Part shown: positions 40,608 through 49,121 of the stretch, in pieces | Numbering within the stretch: position 1 is the stretch's first letter | How the letters are laid out: the number at the start of each line of letters is the position of its first letter | From: an uncultured Gammaproteobacteria bacterium | GTDB taxonomy: Bacteria; Patescibacteriota; Microgenomatia; UBA10105; UBA927 | Assembly: GCA_964629685.1 (NCBI GenBank) | Contig: CAZVTT010000001.1 | Span: 833,319-897,318, forward strand | Direction: 5' to 3' | DNA length: 64,000 nt | Notes under the pieces: model-generated | Database searches by the model: none | Seen by the model: only the letters and a program-made list of their open reading frames with translations | Told to the model about the DNA's origin: nothing | Translations under genes and position numbers: made by a program

Positions 40608-40629
40608 GTATATTGGTACAATGCGACGT

Positions 40630-40944
40630 ATGATTGTTGTTGTTCGTATCGGCGGAAAGCAATATAAAGTTCAGGAAGGTGACACGCTTGAGGTCAACCG
40701 TCTTGATGGTGCTGTGGGAGAAACCCTTACCCTCACTGATGTGTTGCTTACCGAAAAAGATGGCAAGACAGAAGTCGGTACGCCAAATGTAAAGGGAATT
40801 ACCGTCTCGGCCAAAATTGCGGCACAGGGAAAAGGGAAAAAAGTGGAAGTCCGCAGATACAAACCCAAGGTCCGTTACCGAAAGCAGAATGGTTTTCGGC
40901 CGACCATCACAACACTTACTATTACGGCAATTAGCCGAGCATGA
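40630..40944 (+). CDS. rplU: 50S ribosomal protein L21
   Basis: MIVVVRIGGKQYKVQEGDTLEVNRL matches the L21 start (MYAVIxTGGKQYxV). The ATG at 40630 gives a protein of about 104 aa; the ATG at 40621 is an alternative. Confidence 0.8.
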   Translation: MIVVVRIGGKQYKVQEGDTLEVNRLDGAVGETLTLTDVLLTEKDGKTEVGTPNVKGITVSAKIAAQGKGKKVEVRRYKPKVRYRKQNGFRPTITTLTITAISRA

Positions 40945-42122
40945 AACAGTATTTATTTCTGTCCGGACGTACCCCTGATTTAGCTTCACTAGAATTACGT
41001 TCCGTAGCCCCCAATGTTGCGATAACCGCTGTTACACCTTCCGTTTTGGAGGTTTCACTAGAAACAGAGCAGGCTCATCAGGTATTTAAACGGCTTGGAG
41101 GAATGATCCGTCTGGCGGAAAATCTGGCAACTATTGATAAACTGACGGCAGAGAATATTGCCGAGCACATAGATACTTCAACAGATGTTTCCAAAATCAC
41201 GTTTGGCATAAGCAGTACAGATCCTGGACAGCATATTTCTCCTGATTTATTGCGTGGGGTAAAGGATATTTTGCATTCACGGGGTATTTCTTCCCGTTTT
41301 GTACAGGCAACTCATGACTCGATGTTGTCATCCGTGGTAATTCAGTCACAGTCACTCATTGAGTTTATTGTAATTCCGACAGTATCCGGTATCCGTCTAG
41401 CACGGACAATTGCTGTACAAGATTATGAGGAGTGGAATAAACGGGATTATGATCGCCCGAGGAGTGATCCAAAAGCAGGAATGCTGCCTCCCAAAGTAGC
41501 CCGTATGGCCGTAAATATTGCGTTAGGATCTTTTCCAGAAGGAAAAGTACTCGTGGATCCGTTTTGTGGTATGGGTACCGTGCTGGCAGAGTCATGTATG
41601 CTTGGCTGTGAGGCTGTGGGAATTGATATTGTGGATACTGCCGTAAGTGGTGCTACACAGAATTTAGCCTGGCTTGCTAAAACATACGGTTTGTCTGTAA
41701 AAACGCGGGTAGAGATAGGTGATGCTACGCATTTATCGGGTATACTTAACTCAGAAAGCGTTGATGTCATTGTTACGGAACCGTTTATGGGTTCAACCAA
41801 ATACGCTAATGAACAACCTTCGCCGGATAAGATTAAAGACGTTGTAAAGGGTCTTGAACGTCTATATATCGGGTGTTTGAAAGATTGGTGGCAAGTGCTT
41901 AAACCAGACGGTGTAGTGGTTATGGCGTTACCGGAATATACGGTAAATAAACGTCAGTATTTCGTGAAAAAAATAGTTGACAGCTGTGAAAACTTTGGAT
42001 ATACTATTTCGGCTGGTCCTATAGAGTATAGTCGGCCTCAGGCAGTTGTGAAGCGGCTATTCTATAAATTCCAACGGTTGCCGAAAAAAGAAAATAGCCG
42101 TATAATTCCAGCGGAGGATTGA
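40941..42122 (+). CDS. THUMP-associated N2-guanine-type RNA methyltransferase (RlmL/Trm14-like, UPF0020)
   Basis: The ATGA overlap with the rplU stop suggests coupling. ...VLVDPFCGMGTVLAES... is the D-P-x-C-G-S-G-T motif of THUMP-linked m2G methyltransferases. The N-terminal 150 aa are ferredoxin-like/THUMP-like. Confidence 0.5.
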   Translation: MKQYLFLSGRTPDLASLELRSVAPNVAITAVTPSVLEVSLETEQAHQVFKRLGGMIRLAENLATIDKLTAENIAEHIDTSTDVSKITFGISSTDPGQHISPDLLRGVKDILHSRGISSRFVQATHDSMLSSVVIQSQSLIEFIVIPTVSGIRLARTIAVQDYEEWNKRDYDRPRSDPKAGMLPPKVARMAVNIALGSFPEGKVLVDPFCGMGTVLAESCMLGCEAVGIDIVDTAVSGATQNLAWLAKTYGLSVKTRVEIGDATHLSGILNSESVDVIVTEPFMGSTKYANEQPSPDKIKDVVKGLERLYIGCLKDWWQVLKPDGVVVMALPEYTVNKRQYFVKKIVDSCENFGYTISAGPIEYSRPQAVVKRLFYKFQRLPKKENSRIIPAED

Positions 42123-42125
42123 ACT

Positions 42126-42371
42126 ATGGCACACGTTAAAGCAGGTGGAGTCGCAAAAGGAAATAAAGATTCACAGTCAAAGCGTCTCGGCGTAAAAATT
42201 TATGGTGGTCAACATGCAGTAAATGGAAACATTATCGTGCGTCAAAAGGGCACCAAATATGCTCCAGGAAATGGCGTAAGGATCGGTCGGGATTTTACGA
42301 TCTATGCCATTAAAGATGGTGTCGTCGAATTCAGCACAAAACTGGGTAAACAACTCGTTTCTGTCGTCTAA
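42126..42371 (+). CDS. rpmA: 50S ribosomal protein L27
   Basis: MAHVKAGGVAKGNKDSQSKRLGVKIYGG... is the canonical L27 N-terminus, with no Prp-cleaved extension. Confidence 0.9.
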   Translation: MAHVKAGGVAKGNKDSQSKRLGVKIYGGQHAVNGNIIVRQKGTKYAPGNGVRIGRDFTIYAIKDGVVEFSTKLGKQLVSVV

Positions 42372-42376
42372 GATAC

Positions 42377-43204
42377 ATGCCGGATACACAACAAGTATTG
42401 TTTTTGGAAATAGACATGGTGCAGCCTAACCCGCTCCAACCTCGAGGTCTTATTCCTCCGGATTCCCTTAACGATCTTGTAAATTCCATTCGTGAACACG
42501 GTATTATTGAGCCGCTTGTTGTTGCGAAAACCCCTGCAGGATACCAGCTTATTGCCGGTGAGCGTCGCTGGAGGGCTTCTAAATTAGCAGGATTAACTTC
42601 CGTTCCTGTGCTCATAAAAGAAACTACTTCCCGTGGGATGTTGGAAATGGCTATCGTGGAAAACGTGCAGCGTGAAGATCTTAATCCTATTGAACGCGCA
42701 CAGGCATTTCAACGTCTTATTGAAGAATTCGGGTTGCCGCTAACGGAAATAGCCAAGCGAATCGGAAAAAGTGAATCTTATGTTTCCAATACTATGCGGT
42801 TAATGTCTTTACCTGATGCGGTTAAAGATGGTCTTATATCCGGAGCGATAAGCGAAGGTCACGCCCGAGCCATTGCAGGTCTCGGTGATATTAAATTGAT
42901 GGTCGAGGCGTATAAAACAATTTTATCGGAGAATGCCTCCGTACGGCGGGCAGAGGATTTGGCCAGAAGGTTAAAAGCGCAGATAGATAAAAAACCACAA
43001 ATGAAGATAGAACGTATTCATAGTGACGAACTGGACACTATGGCGCGGGATTTGGCGCAATCCGTAAACGGGCTGGTAAAAATTACTCAATCAAAGGTAG
43101 AAGCCAGGCTGGTATTTGTAATACGCGGGAATCTGGAAAGTACCAGTAAGACGCTTAAGATGGTGCATGAAACCCTCGCTACTTCTAAAAAAGATACAGA
43201 ATAG
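42377..43204 (+). CDS. parB: Chromosome partitioning protein ParB/Spo0J
   Basis: ...VQPNPLQPRG... is ParB box I, ...LIAGERRWRASK... is the ParB box II arginine patch, and an HTH follows. Confidence 0.8.
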   Translation: MPDTQQVLFLEIDMVQPNPLQPRGLIPPDSLNDLVNSIREHGIIEPLVVAKTPAGYQLIAGERRWRASKLAGLTSVPVLIKETTSRGMLEMAIVENVQREDLNPIERAQAFQRLIEEFGLPLTEIAKRIGKSESYVSNTMRLMSLPDAVKDGLISGAISEGHARAIAGLGDIKLMVEAYKTILSENASVRRAEDLARRLKAQIDKKPQMKIERIHSDELDTMARDLAQSVNGLVKITQSKVEARLVFVIRGNLESTSKTLKMVHETLATSKKDTE

Positions 43205-43250
43205 CCTTCTTAGAAGCATAACCGTAAATCCCAAAAATTATTTTATTTTT

Positions 43251-43814
43251 TTAGAGAGAATACGTGGGGTGAGGTAATATCTCGGCTCTGGCAAATGGCC
43301 AGTATCGTAAAAATGCCATGCCGATAAAGTCCTCTTTACCTATAGGACCGAATTCGCGGGAATCCGCACTATGCGGGCGATTGTCGCCGACGACGAAATA
43401 TTTGCCTTCAGGTACTATAATTTCCATATCTTCCTGAAGAAAAGATCCGCCATAAATTGGTGTATCTGTAGGAATATAAGGTTCTTCTACGATCTGATCG
43501 TTTACGTAAAACGCATTTTCATGTAGTCGTACTCGCTCACCGGGTAGTCCTATAATTCTTTTAATATAGTCGATTTCTTTATTTTTGGGAGATTTAAAAA
43601 TAACAATATCACCGCGTTGCGGATCCCGAAATTTGTATATTACTTTATTTGTAAGAATATATTCACCGTTGTGGAAGAAAGGATCCATGGATTGGCCATT
43701 AATTTCTTGGGGAGAAATGATGAATAAATACAACATTACCATTACAGCCATGACAACAACTATGGATTGTAAAAAATCAAAAATGGCTGCTACAATGCGC
43801 TTTACTCCATCCAT
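43251..43814 (-). CDS. lepB: Signal peptidase I
   Basis: The N-terminal TM is followed by ...GQSMDPFF... (catalytic Ser), ...YIKRIIGLPGERV... (catalytic Lys) and ...VVGDNRPHSADSREFGPI.... Confidence 0.85.
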   Translation of the reverse strand: MDGVKRIVAAIFDFLQSIVVVMAVMVMLYLFIISPQEINGQSMDPFFHNGEYILTNKVIYKFRDPQRGDIVIFKSPKNKEIDYIKRIIGLPGERVRLHENAFYVNDQIVEEPYIPTDTPIYGGSFLQEDMEIIVPEGKYFVVGDNRPHSADSREFGPIGKEDFIGMAFLRYWPFARAEILPHPTYSL

Positions 43815-43961
43815 GGGTTCTTCCTCTCATTAAGTGTAGGTGATATAATACCTATCGTCAAGGCTTGTAATACCGGTCTAGTTTGTAATATTGTTATCGA
43901 GCGAAACGAATACGCAGTAGGTGGGAAGGCTTGGAACGAACCGTATGTTTTGTTCCGCAAA

Positions 43962-44035
43962 GGATCCATAGCTCAGTTGGTTAGAGCGTTGCATTGACAT
44001 TGCAAAGGTCAGAGGTCCGAATCCTCTTGGATCCA
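43962..44035 (+). tRNA. tRNA-Val (anticodon GAC)
   Basis: The cloverleaf was read by hand: acceptor GGATCCA/TGGATCC, D-arm GCTC-AGTTGGTTA-GAGC, anticodon arm TTGCA-TTGACAT-TGCAA (anticodon GAC), variable loop AGGTC, and T-arm AGAGG-TCCGAAT-CCTCT. No CCA is encoded. Confidence 0.85.
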
Positions 44036-44075
44036 CAAATTATGATTTTTTATCGTAAAGTACTACGATAAATGT

Positions 44076-44423
44076 ATGGTACTGATCAATCTCCGGAAAA
44101 TTCCTCCATTTGCGGTTTGGTATGTATTTTTAACCGTATTCATCCTTATTGCAGGCATTGAACAAACTCTGGAAGTATGTCCCTCAGAACCTTTATGCAT
44201 GATTGGGCGCTATTTGTTCAGTAGTGTTTTGATGGTCTCAGCAGTTATCTATTCACTTATACTTATAGCTCTATTTAAAAAGAAGAAGTATAGGAACATG
44301 AATATATTTGTATATTTTTTTATCGGTATGATTTCCGTTATTTTGTCTGCAGTGCTACTGGTAGTGGTGCTTACATTACGTTTGGATTTATTCCTGCAGT
44401 TTACCGGATTACTTCGGTATTAG
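44076..44423 (+). CDS. Hypothetical small membrane protein (4 TM)
   Basis: The only evidence is hydrophobic helices. It is the first gene after the tRNA. Confidence 0.3.
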   Translation: MVLINLRKIPPFAVWYVFLTVFILIAGIEQTLEVCPSEPLCMIGRYLFSSVLMVSAVIYSLILIALFKKKKYRNMNIFVYFFIGMISVILSAVLLVVVLTLRLDLFLQFTGLLRY

Positions 44424-46679
44424 TGCACCAAATAGGGTTGGCGATGTATAGTCTAGCGTCGTTTGAAACGTACCTTTAGTATCTAGGGTAATTTCTTGTA
44501 TCTGTTCTGTTTCGTCATCCGTGTCGGAAAGAACTGTCGCATGTATTCGGGTGTTTGTTTTTTTTGTTCCAACCTTAGTCTGATATTTACCCTTTTTGGG
44601 ATTAAAAAATATGAGCGTATCCTTGTTTTTCCAAACATAATCTGCCGGCAAATTAGTATCTACAGTGGCTGTGTCGGTGGTAAGGATCAGAATTGTATGG
44701 AGTTTTGTTGAGTCGGCAAATTGTACGTTTACGGTACTGTTGTTAACTTTCTCGACAATTTCTTTTACGGCAGTTCTTGATGAAATTATTTCGGCATGGT
44801 CACCATTTAATACGTATGAAGGGGCGTCTTCAAGAGAACTACTTGATATCAATATAGTGCCATCACCTTTACTCGTGTATCTGCGTGTAAACGGTCTTCC
44901 GTCCAGCCAGTTTCCCGATTTATTGTCGAGATAAAAGGGATTACGGACATCGAGCTTATCTAGGGTTTTATGACCGGTCCCTGAAAAAGTGATTACATTT
45001 GTGCCATAGAATGGTGCCGCAAAGGGTGTGGGAAGCAAACTGTTTCTGGCGTTCATGGTATTTACATCTATGAATGAAAGAGATGGTAATTTCCGGAGAT
45101 AATTAAACGTAGGAAGTAGTGTCTGAGTAGCGGGAAAGTATGTTTGTATAATTTGTCTGGCGTTCATTTCCGGATGGGCTAACCGGCAATAGTGGAGTGT
45201 TAGCGTCCCTGCAAGTCTCCAGGTTAAATCTCCCCAAATGTTGCCTGCCGACCAGGCAGGATAAGCCAATACTGTTCCCTCATGCGGGGTTCCCACTGTT
45301 ACAAGTGTAGAAATTCTGTTTTTTTCTTTTTCTGTTTCGATATAAGATCTCGCAACTAAACCACCCATGCTATGAGCTACCACATGAACTTTTTCATTCT
45401 TCATGAGATTTGAATTTAAAAATTGTCTAAGTTCCAAGGCGATTGTTTGTGGAGATTTTCTCCAATCGAAGTAGAAGAATGCTACTTTATACCCATACTT
45501 TGTCAGAGTATTCTTTAGCGTTTTATATGTCTGATCTGTAGGATACCAGGATTGCCATGCATCAGGGTTCGTATCTGAACAGGATTGGATTGCTTCACTA
45601 TTCATGCTAGCGCCTAAACCCGGAATTATAACGGCTTTAGTAACGGGTGGAATGGTTGGTGTGGGAATAGGAGTGGGTGTAGGAGTGGGTGTAGAGGTTG
45701 GTGTTGGGGTGGGACTTTCAGTCGGGATAGGAGTAGCTGTTGGCCATGGTCCATCCGTCGCTAAACCAATTTGCCAGTACGGACTGCTGTTACTATTTCG
45801 GCCACTATACCACAATGCACGCGTTCCATTGCTTAGCATTAGTACATTAGGACTAGTCATTCCATCCCAATCAAATCCACTTCTTGTTATTACTGGGTTC
45901 ATTTCTGGAGGTTTTATCCAATTATGGCCATCTATTGAGTATGCGTATGAAATATCGCCGCCACCATGAAAAAATAATTCAAAATTAGAACCATTTTGAA
46001 TCACTGAAGGACCGTCAGCATCAATTCCTTCCCAAGGTTGGTTAGCAGTTATAACTGGATTGTTCGGGTTAAGTATCCAATTAATACCATCATTTGATTC
46101 AGCATAACCAATTGACCAATGGCCGGTTTCTGCTGAAGTTAACCACATTCTATATATATTATTGCTAAAAATTACTACTGGGTTATTTACACCGCTTGCA
46201 CCCCATCCAGACTCAGGCTTGATCACTGCCCCTTCGGGCTCGTTTTTCCAATTAATTCCATCTGAACTTACTGCTCTATAAATACTTGTCTCTATACTAT
46301 TTGGGCGTTTAATAAAATTCTGATACCACATTGTGTACATTGAACCGTTGTAAATAATGCTGGGAGCTTCTGCATTATTTTCACTTTCCGTTTGTGGGAA
46401 AATTGGATTATTTACATAATTTGTCCAGTTTATTCCATCGCTAGATAGAGCCAGTCCAATGTATGTTCTAAATCCGTCATTTCCTGCATAATACATTCTA
46501 TATTCATTCGCCGTACGTAAGATAAATGGAGATGTAACGCCTCTACTGTTCCATCCAATGGCATTAGGAGAAAGGACAGGGTTATCCAAGAATTTAGTAA
46601 ATTGTGACGTGGAATAGACATTTTGAACAATACTTAAGCTTAAAAAAACTATTATTAAAAATGGTAATTTATTTTTCAT
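44409..46679 (-). CDS. Secreted fusion protein: N-terminal beta-propeller glycosidase-like domain, Pro/Thr linker, C-terminal alpha/beta-hydrolase (lipase/LCAT-like) domain
   Basis: ATG at 46679 is followed by the signal peptide KLPFLIIVFLSLSIVQNVYS. Blades carrying S-x-D-G-I-N-W recur four times. The linker is TATPIPTESPTPTPTSTPTPTPTPIPTPTIPP. The lipase elbow is VHVVAHSMGGLVARSY. Confidence 0.55.
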   Translation of the reverse strand: MKNKLPFLIIVFLSLSIVQNVYSTSQFTKFLDNPVLSPNAIGWNSRGVTSPFILRTANEYRMYYAGNDGFRTYIGLALSSDGINWTNYVNNPIFPQTESENNAEAPSIIYNGSMYTMWYQNFIKRPNSIETSIYRAVSSDGINWKNEPEGAVIKPESGWGASGVNNPVVIFSNNIYRMWLTSAETGHWSIGYAESNDGINWILNPNNPVITANQPWEGIDADGPSVIQNGSNFELFFHGGGDISYAYSIDGHNWIKPPEMNPVITRSGFDWDGMTSPNVLMLSNGTRALWYSGRNSNSSPYWQIGLATDGPWPTATPIPTESPTPTPTSTPTPTPTPIPTPTIPPVTKAVIIPGLGASMNSEAIQSCSDTNPDAWQSWYPTDQTYKTLKNTLTKYGYKVAFFYFDWRKSPQTIALELRQFLNSNLMKNEKVHVVAHSMGGLVARSYIETEKEKNRISTLVTVGTPHEGTVLAYPAWSAGNIWGDLTWRLAGTLTLHYCRLAHPEMNARQIIQTYFPATQTLLPTFNYLRKLPSLSFIDVNTMNARNSLLPTPFAAPFYGTNVITFSGTGHKTLDKLDVRNPFYLDNKSGNWLDGRPFTRRYTSKGDGTILISSSSLEDAPSYVLNGDHAEIISSRTAVKEIVEKVNNSTVNVQFADSTKLHTILILTTDTATVDTNLPADYVWKNKDTLIFFNPKKGKYQTKVGTKKTNTRIHATVLSDTDDETEQIQEITLDTKGTFQTTLDYTSPTLFGALIPK
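45655..45745. repeat. GT-rich degenerate tandem repeat encoding a Pro/Thr linker on the minus strand
   Basis: The plus strand shows ggtgtgggaataggagtgggtgtaggagtgggtgtagaggttggtgttggggtggg, which is the complement of ACN/CCN codon runs. Similar tracts lie at about 58990-59075, 59375-59415 and 60838-60920. Confidence 0.5.
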
Positions 46680-46710
46680 AGGTATTAACTTATAGATAAA
46701 TAATGTCTCG

Positions 46711-47688
46711 ATGCAAAACAAAATCAAGAGTAGTATGATGCAAAAAACTTGTAAAATGATTTACACAAAAAACGTGAGCAAAAATATAAATTTACGATAC
46801 GAATATTATCCTTGCTTTTATTGCCATTCATATGAAGCTAAGTCCCAATTTCGGGTAAATTCTTATGATTTGGTTGTGTGTGCAAATTGCGGCATTACGT
46901 ATACCCGTCTCCCGAAAACACACAATTTTGGTGGGTTTAATGATGAACACTATTCCAGTGAATACTTGCATAACTACGAAGCCAGGAAGGCTAAATTAGG
47001 ATCTAGATTTAGAGATCGTGTACGGGAGATAGAGGAGTATAAAAATGGTGGATCTATTTTGGATGTTGGTTGTAGTACCGGTATGTTTTTGGATGTAATG
47101 AAGGAAAATGCAAAATATAAATGGGAGTATTATGGGGTAGACATAAATAAACGTTCGATTGCTTTCGCAAAAAAACATACTAAGCAATGTTCTTTTAACA
47201 TAGGGACAGTAATCAGTCTGGCACAGAGAAAAAAACAATTTGACGTAGTTACCTGTTTTGATGTTTTAGAGCACGATCCTGAACTTGCTAAAACACTGAA
47301 GTCCATATACAAATTATTAAAACCCGGAGGTTTACTGGTAGTTCAAAGTCCAAATTACAAAAGTATAATGGCGTATTTATGTGGAGATAATTGGGACTGG
47401 TGGTCTCTCCCAGATCACATAATACATTTTACATATGAGTCATATACAAATTTGATAATGAAATCAAAATTTAGAATATTAAGTTCGAGAACTTGGGATG
47501 ATAAGGACGATTTTATACTAAATACAAGGGGTACAATAAAACTGTTAATTACTGATTCTTTTATGTTAAATAGAATTTTAGCAAAATTATCTCCATATTT
47601 TTTAAATATTATGTATAAACTTATAAAAAACACTCAAGAAAAACTGCATCTAGGTGGTTCGATTATAATTTTCAGTAAGAAACTATGA
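46711..47688 (+). CDS. Class I SAM-dependent methyltransferase with N-terminal C4 zinc ribbon
   Basis: CFYCHSYEA...CANCGITY is the Zn ribbon. ...ILDVGCSTGMF... is motif I and ...LKPGGLLVV... is motif II. The start may be a later ATG at 46735 or 46756. Confidence 0.6.
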   Translation: MQNKIKSSMMQKTCKMIYTKNVSKNINLRYEYYPCFYCHSYEAKSQFRVNSYDLVVCANCGITYTRLPKTHNFGGFNDEHYSSEYLHNYEARKAKLGSRFRDRVREIEEYKNGGSILDVGCSTGMFLDVMKENAKYKWEYYGVDINKRSIAFAKKHTKQCSFNIGTVISLAQRKKQFDVVTCFDVLEHDPELAKTLKSIYKLLKPGGLLVVQSPNYKSIMAYLCGDNWDWWSLPDHIIHFTYESYTNLIMKSKFRILSSRTWDDKDDFILNTRGTIKLLITDSFMLNRILAKLSPYFLNIMYKLIKNTQEKLHLGGSIIIFSKKL

Positions 47689-48452
47689 GTATCGCATTAT
47701 TAGTTGTGACACACAACATTAAAGAAGTATTGCTTTTTAAGTCAAACCAATTAGATAGTTTGAATATAAACGAAATTGTTATTGTAAACACCGGTGTAAA
47801 AGTAGATGTCATTTTAGGAGACCGCAATGTCAGAATTTATGATTATAAATTTAACAACAATTTTCCTGAGGTAAAAAATTATGGTATTTCAAAGATTCGT
47901 TCCAATTGGATATTAACTATAGATACAGACGAACTTTTTGATAAAAATCTTCTGGATAAAATACAAACACTTACAAAAGATACAAATATAGAAGGGTATT
48001 GGTTTAGAAGGAAAACCTTCATTTCTAAAGATAAGTATTTAAAATATGGTTTATTTTACCCAGATTGGCAATTAAGATTATTTAGAAATAGAATTGATTA
48101 TAGATATTCCGGTGGTGTTCATGCATTATTGCCGATTGAGAATTCGAAAACAATGCAGGTAAATGGGGATATTCTTCATTATCCATCCAATCCTAAATAC
48201 GAATCGTTTAGTAATTTTAAAAATTTATTACCATATATAGAAATGGATACGAAGGAAGTATTAAATTTACATCGTTCTTCAGTATTCTATCTATGGGTAG
48301 GATGGTTAAAATTCCTTAGTATTTTTACAAGTGGTTATTTTAGAGGTAAAGGTTTTTTAGATGGGTGGGCAGGATTTCGCGCTCATATTCTTTTTGCTTT
48401 GACTATTGCTTTGCCATATTTTCTTGCAGCCAGAAAATGCCTAAATAATTGA
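47685..48452 (+). CDS. Glycosyltransferase family 2-like (GT-A) protein
   Basis: The ATGA overlap suggests coupling. N-terminal ...LLVVTHNIKEVL... and the DXD-like ...LTIDTDELF... are present. The gene is very AT-rich. Confidence 0.45.
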   Translation: MSIALLVVTHNIKEVLLFKSNQLDSLNINEIVIVNTGVKVDVILGDRNVRIYDYKFNNNFPEVKNYGISKIRSNWILTIDTDELFDKNLLDKIQTLTKDTNIEGYWFRRKTFISKDKYLKYGLFYPDWQLRLFRNRIDYRYSGGVHALLPIENSKTMQVNGDILHYPSNPKYESFSNFKNLLPYIEMDTKEVLNLHRSSVFYLWVGWLKFLSIFTSGYFRGKGFLDGWAGFRAHILFALTIALPYFLAARKCLNN

Positions 48453-48454
48453 AT

Positions 48455-49120
48455 ATGAAATATACTTTATTTAATTATAATAGGTACGAAGCTCATAGAA
48501 TTGTTTATGACTTAATAAATGAGGGCTCAAATGTCCTCGATTTGGGCTGTGCGACAGGGTATTTCGCGAGAGAATTAAATAAAAAATCATGCGAAGTATT
48601 TGGAGTTGATATTGAAAAAGATGCCCTGAGTATTGCAAAAAAATATTGCAAATTCGTACTCCTAACAGACTTTGAATATATCTCTGAGGCTCGTATCCCT
48701 AGTCATAAATTCGATTATGTTCTACTTTTAGATGTATTGGAACACGTTAAGAGTAGAGGTGAATTATTGAATGCGTTACATAAATATCTTAAGAAGGATG
48801 GTACATTGTTATTATCTACGCCAAACATTGCGCATGTTTCGGTTAGGTTAAGTGTTCTAGGTGGCAATTTTGATTACACGAATGTTGGAATAATGGATAG
48901 TACTCATGTCCATTTTTATACTAGAAAAACGTTACTAGCAGAACTAAATAATTACGGATGGGAAGTAACAAATTTATTTGCATCCGCTGACTTCGGACAA
49001 ATTCCTTTTATTTCAAAAATTGGTAAACGCGTTCCAAAGAGAATTCAGTGGATTATTACTAAATTATTCCCTACACTCTTTGGGGTTCAATGGATCGCTG
49101 TGTGTAAATCTAGAACTTGA
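48455..49120 (+). CDS. Class I SAM-dependent methyltransferase
   Basis: ATG at 48455; the ORF track starts at a TTG at 48449. ...VLDLGCATGYF... is motif I, ...LLLDVLEHV... is also present, and ...LKKDGTLLLSTPN... is motif II. Confidence 0.65.
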   Translation: MKYTLFNYNRYEAHRIVYDLINEGSNVLDLGCATGYFARELNKKSCEVFGVDIEKDALSIAKKYCKFVLLTDFEYISEARIPSHKFDYVLLLDVLEHVKSRGELLNALHKYLKKDGTLLLSTPNIAHVSVRLSVLGGNFDYTNVGIMDSTHVHFYTRKTLLAELNNYGWEVTNLFASADFGQIPFISKIGKRVPKRIQWIITKLFPTLFGVQWIAVCKSRT

Positions 49121-49121
49121 T

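Noticed and set aside
43205-43250. Possible terminator or parS palindrome between parB and lepB (..GCCTTCTTAGAAGC..)
   Set aside because: The inverted repeat is imperfect, with a one-nucleotide loop and mismatches. It does not match the parS consensus.
45655-45745. Possible CRISPR-like or minisatellite repeat (GT-rich tandem units), also seen at 58990-59075 and 60838-60920
   Set aside because: The units are degenerate and lie in-frame inside long ORFs, encoding Pro/Thr linkers. There are no constant-length spacers and no cas genes, so this is not a CRISPR array.
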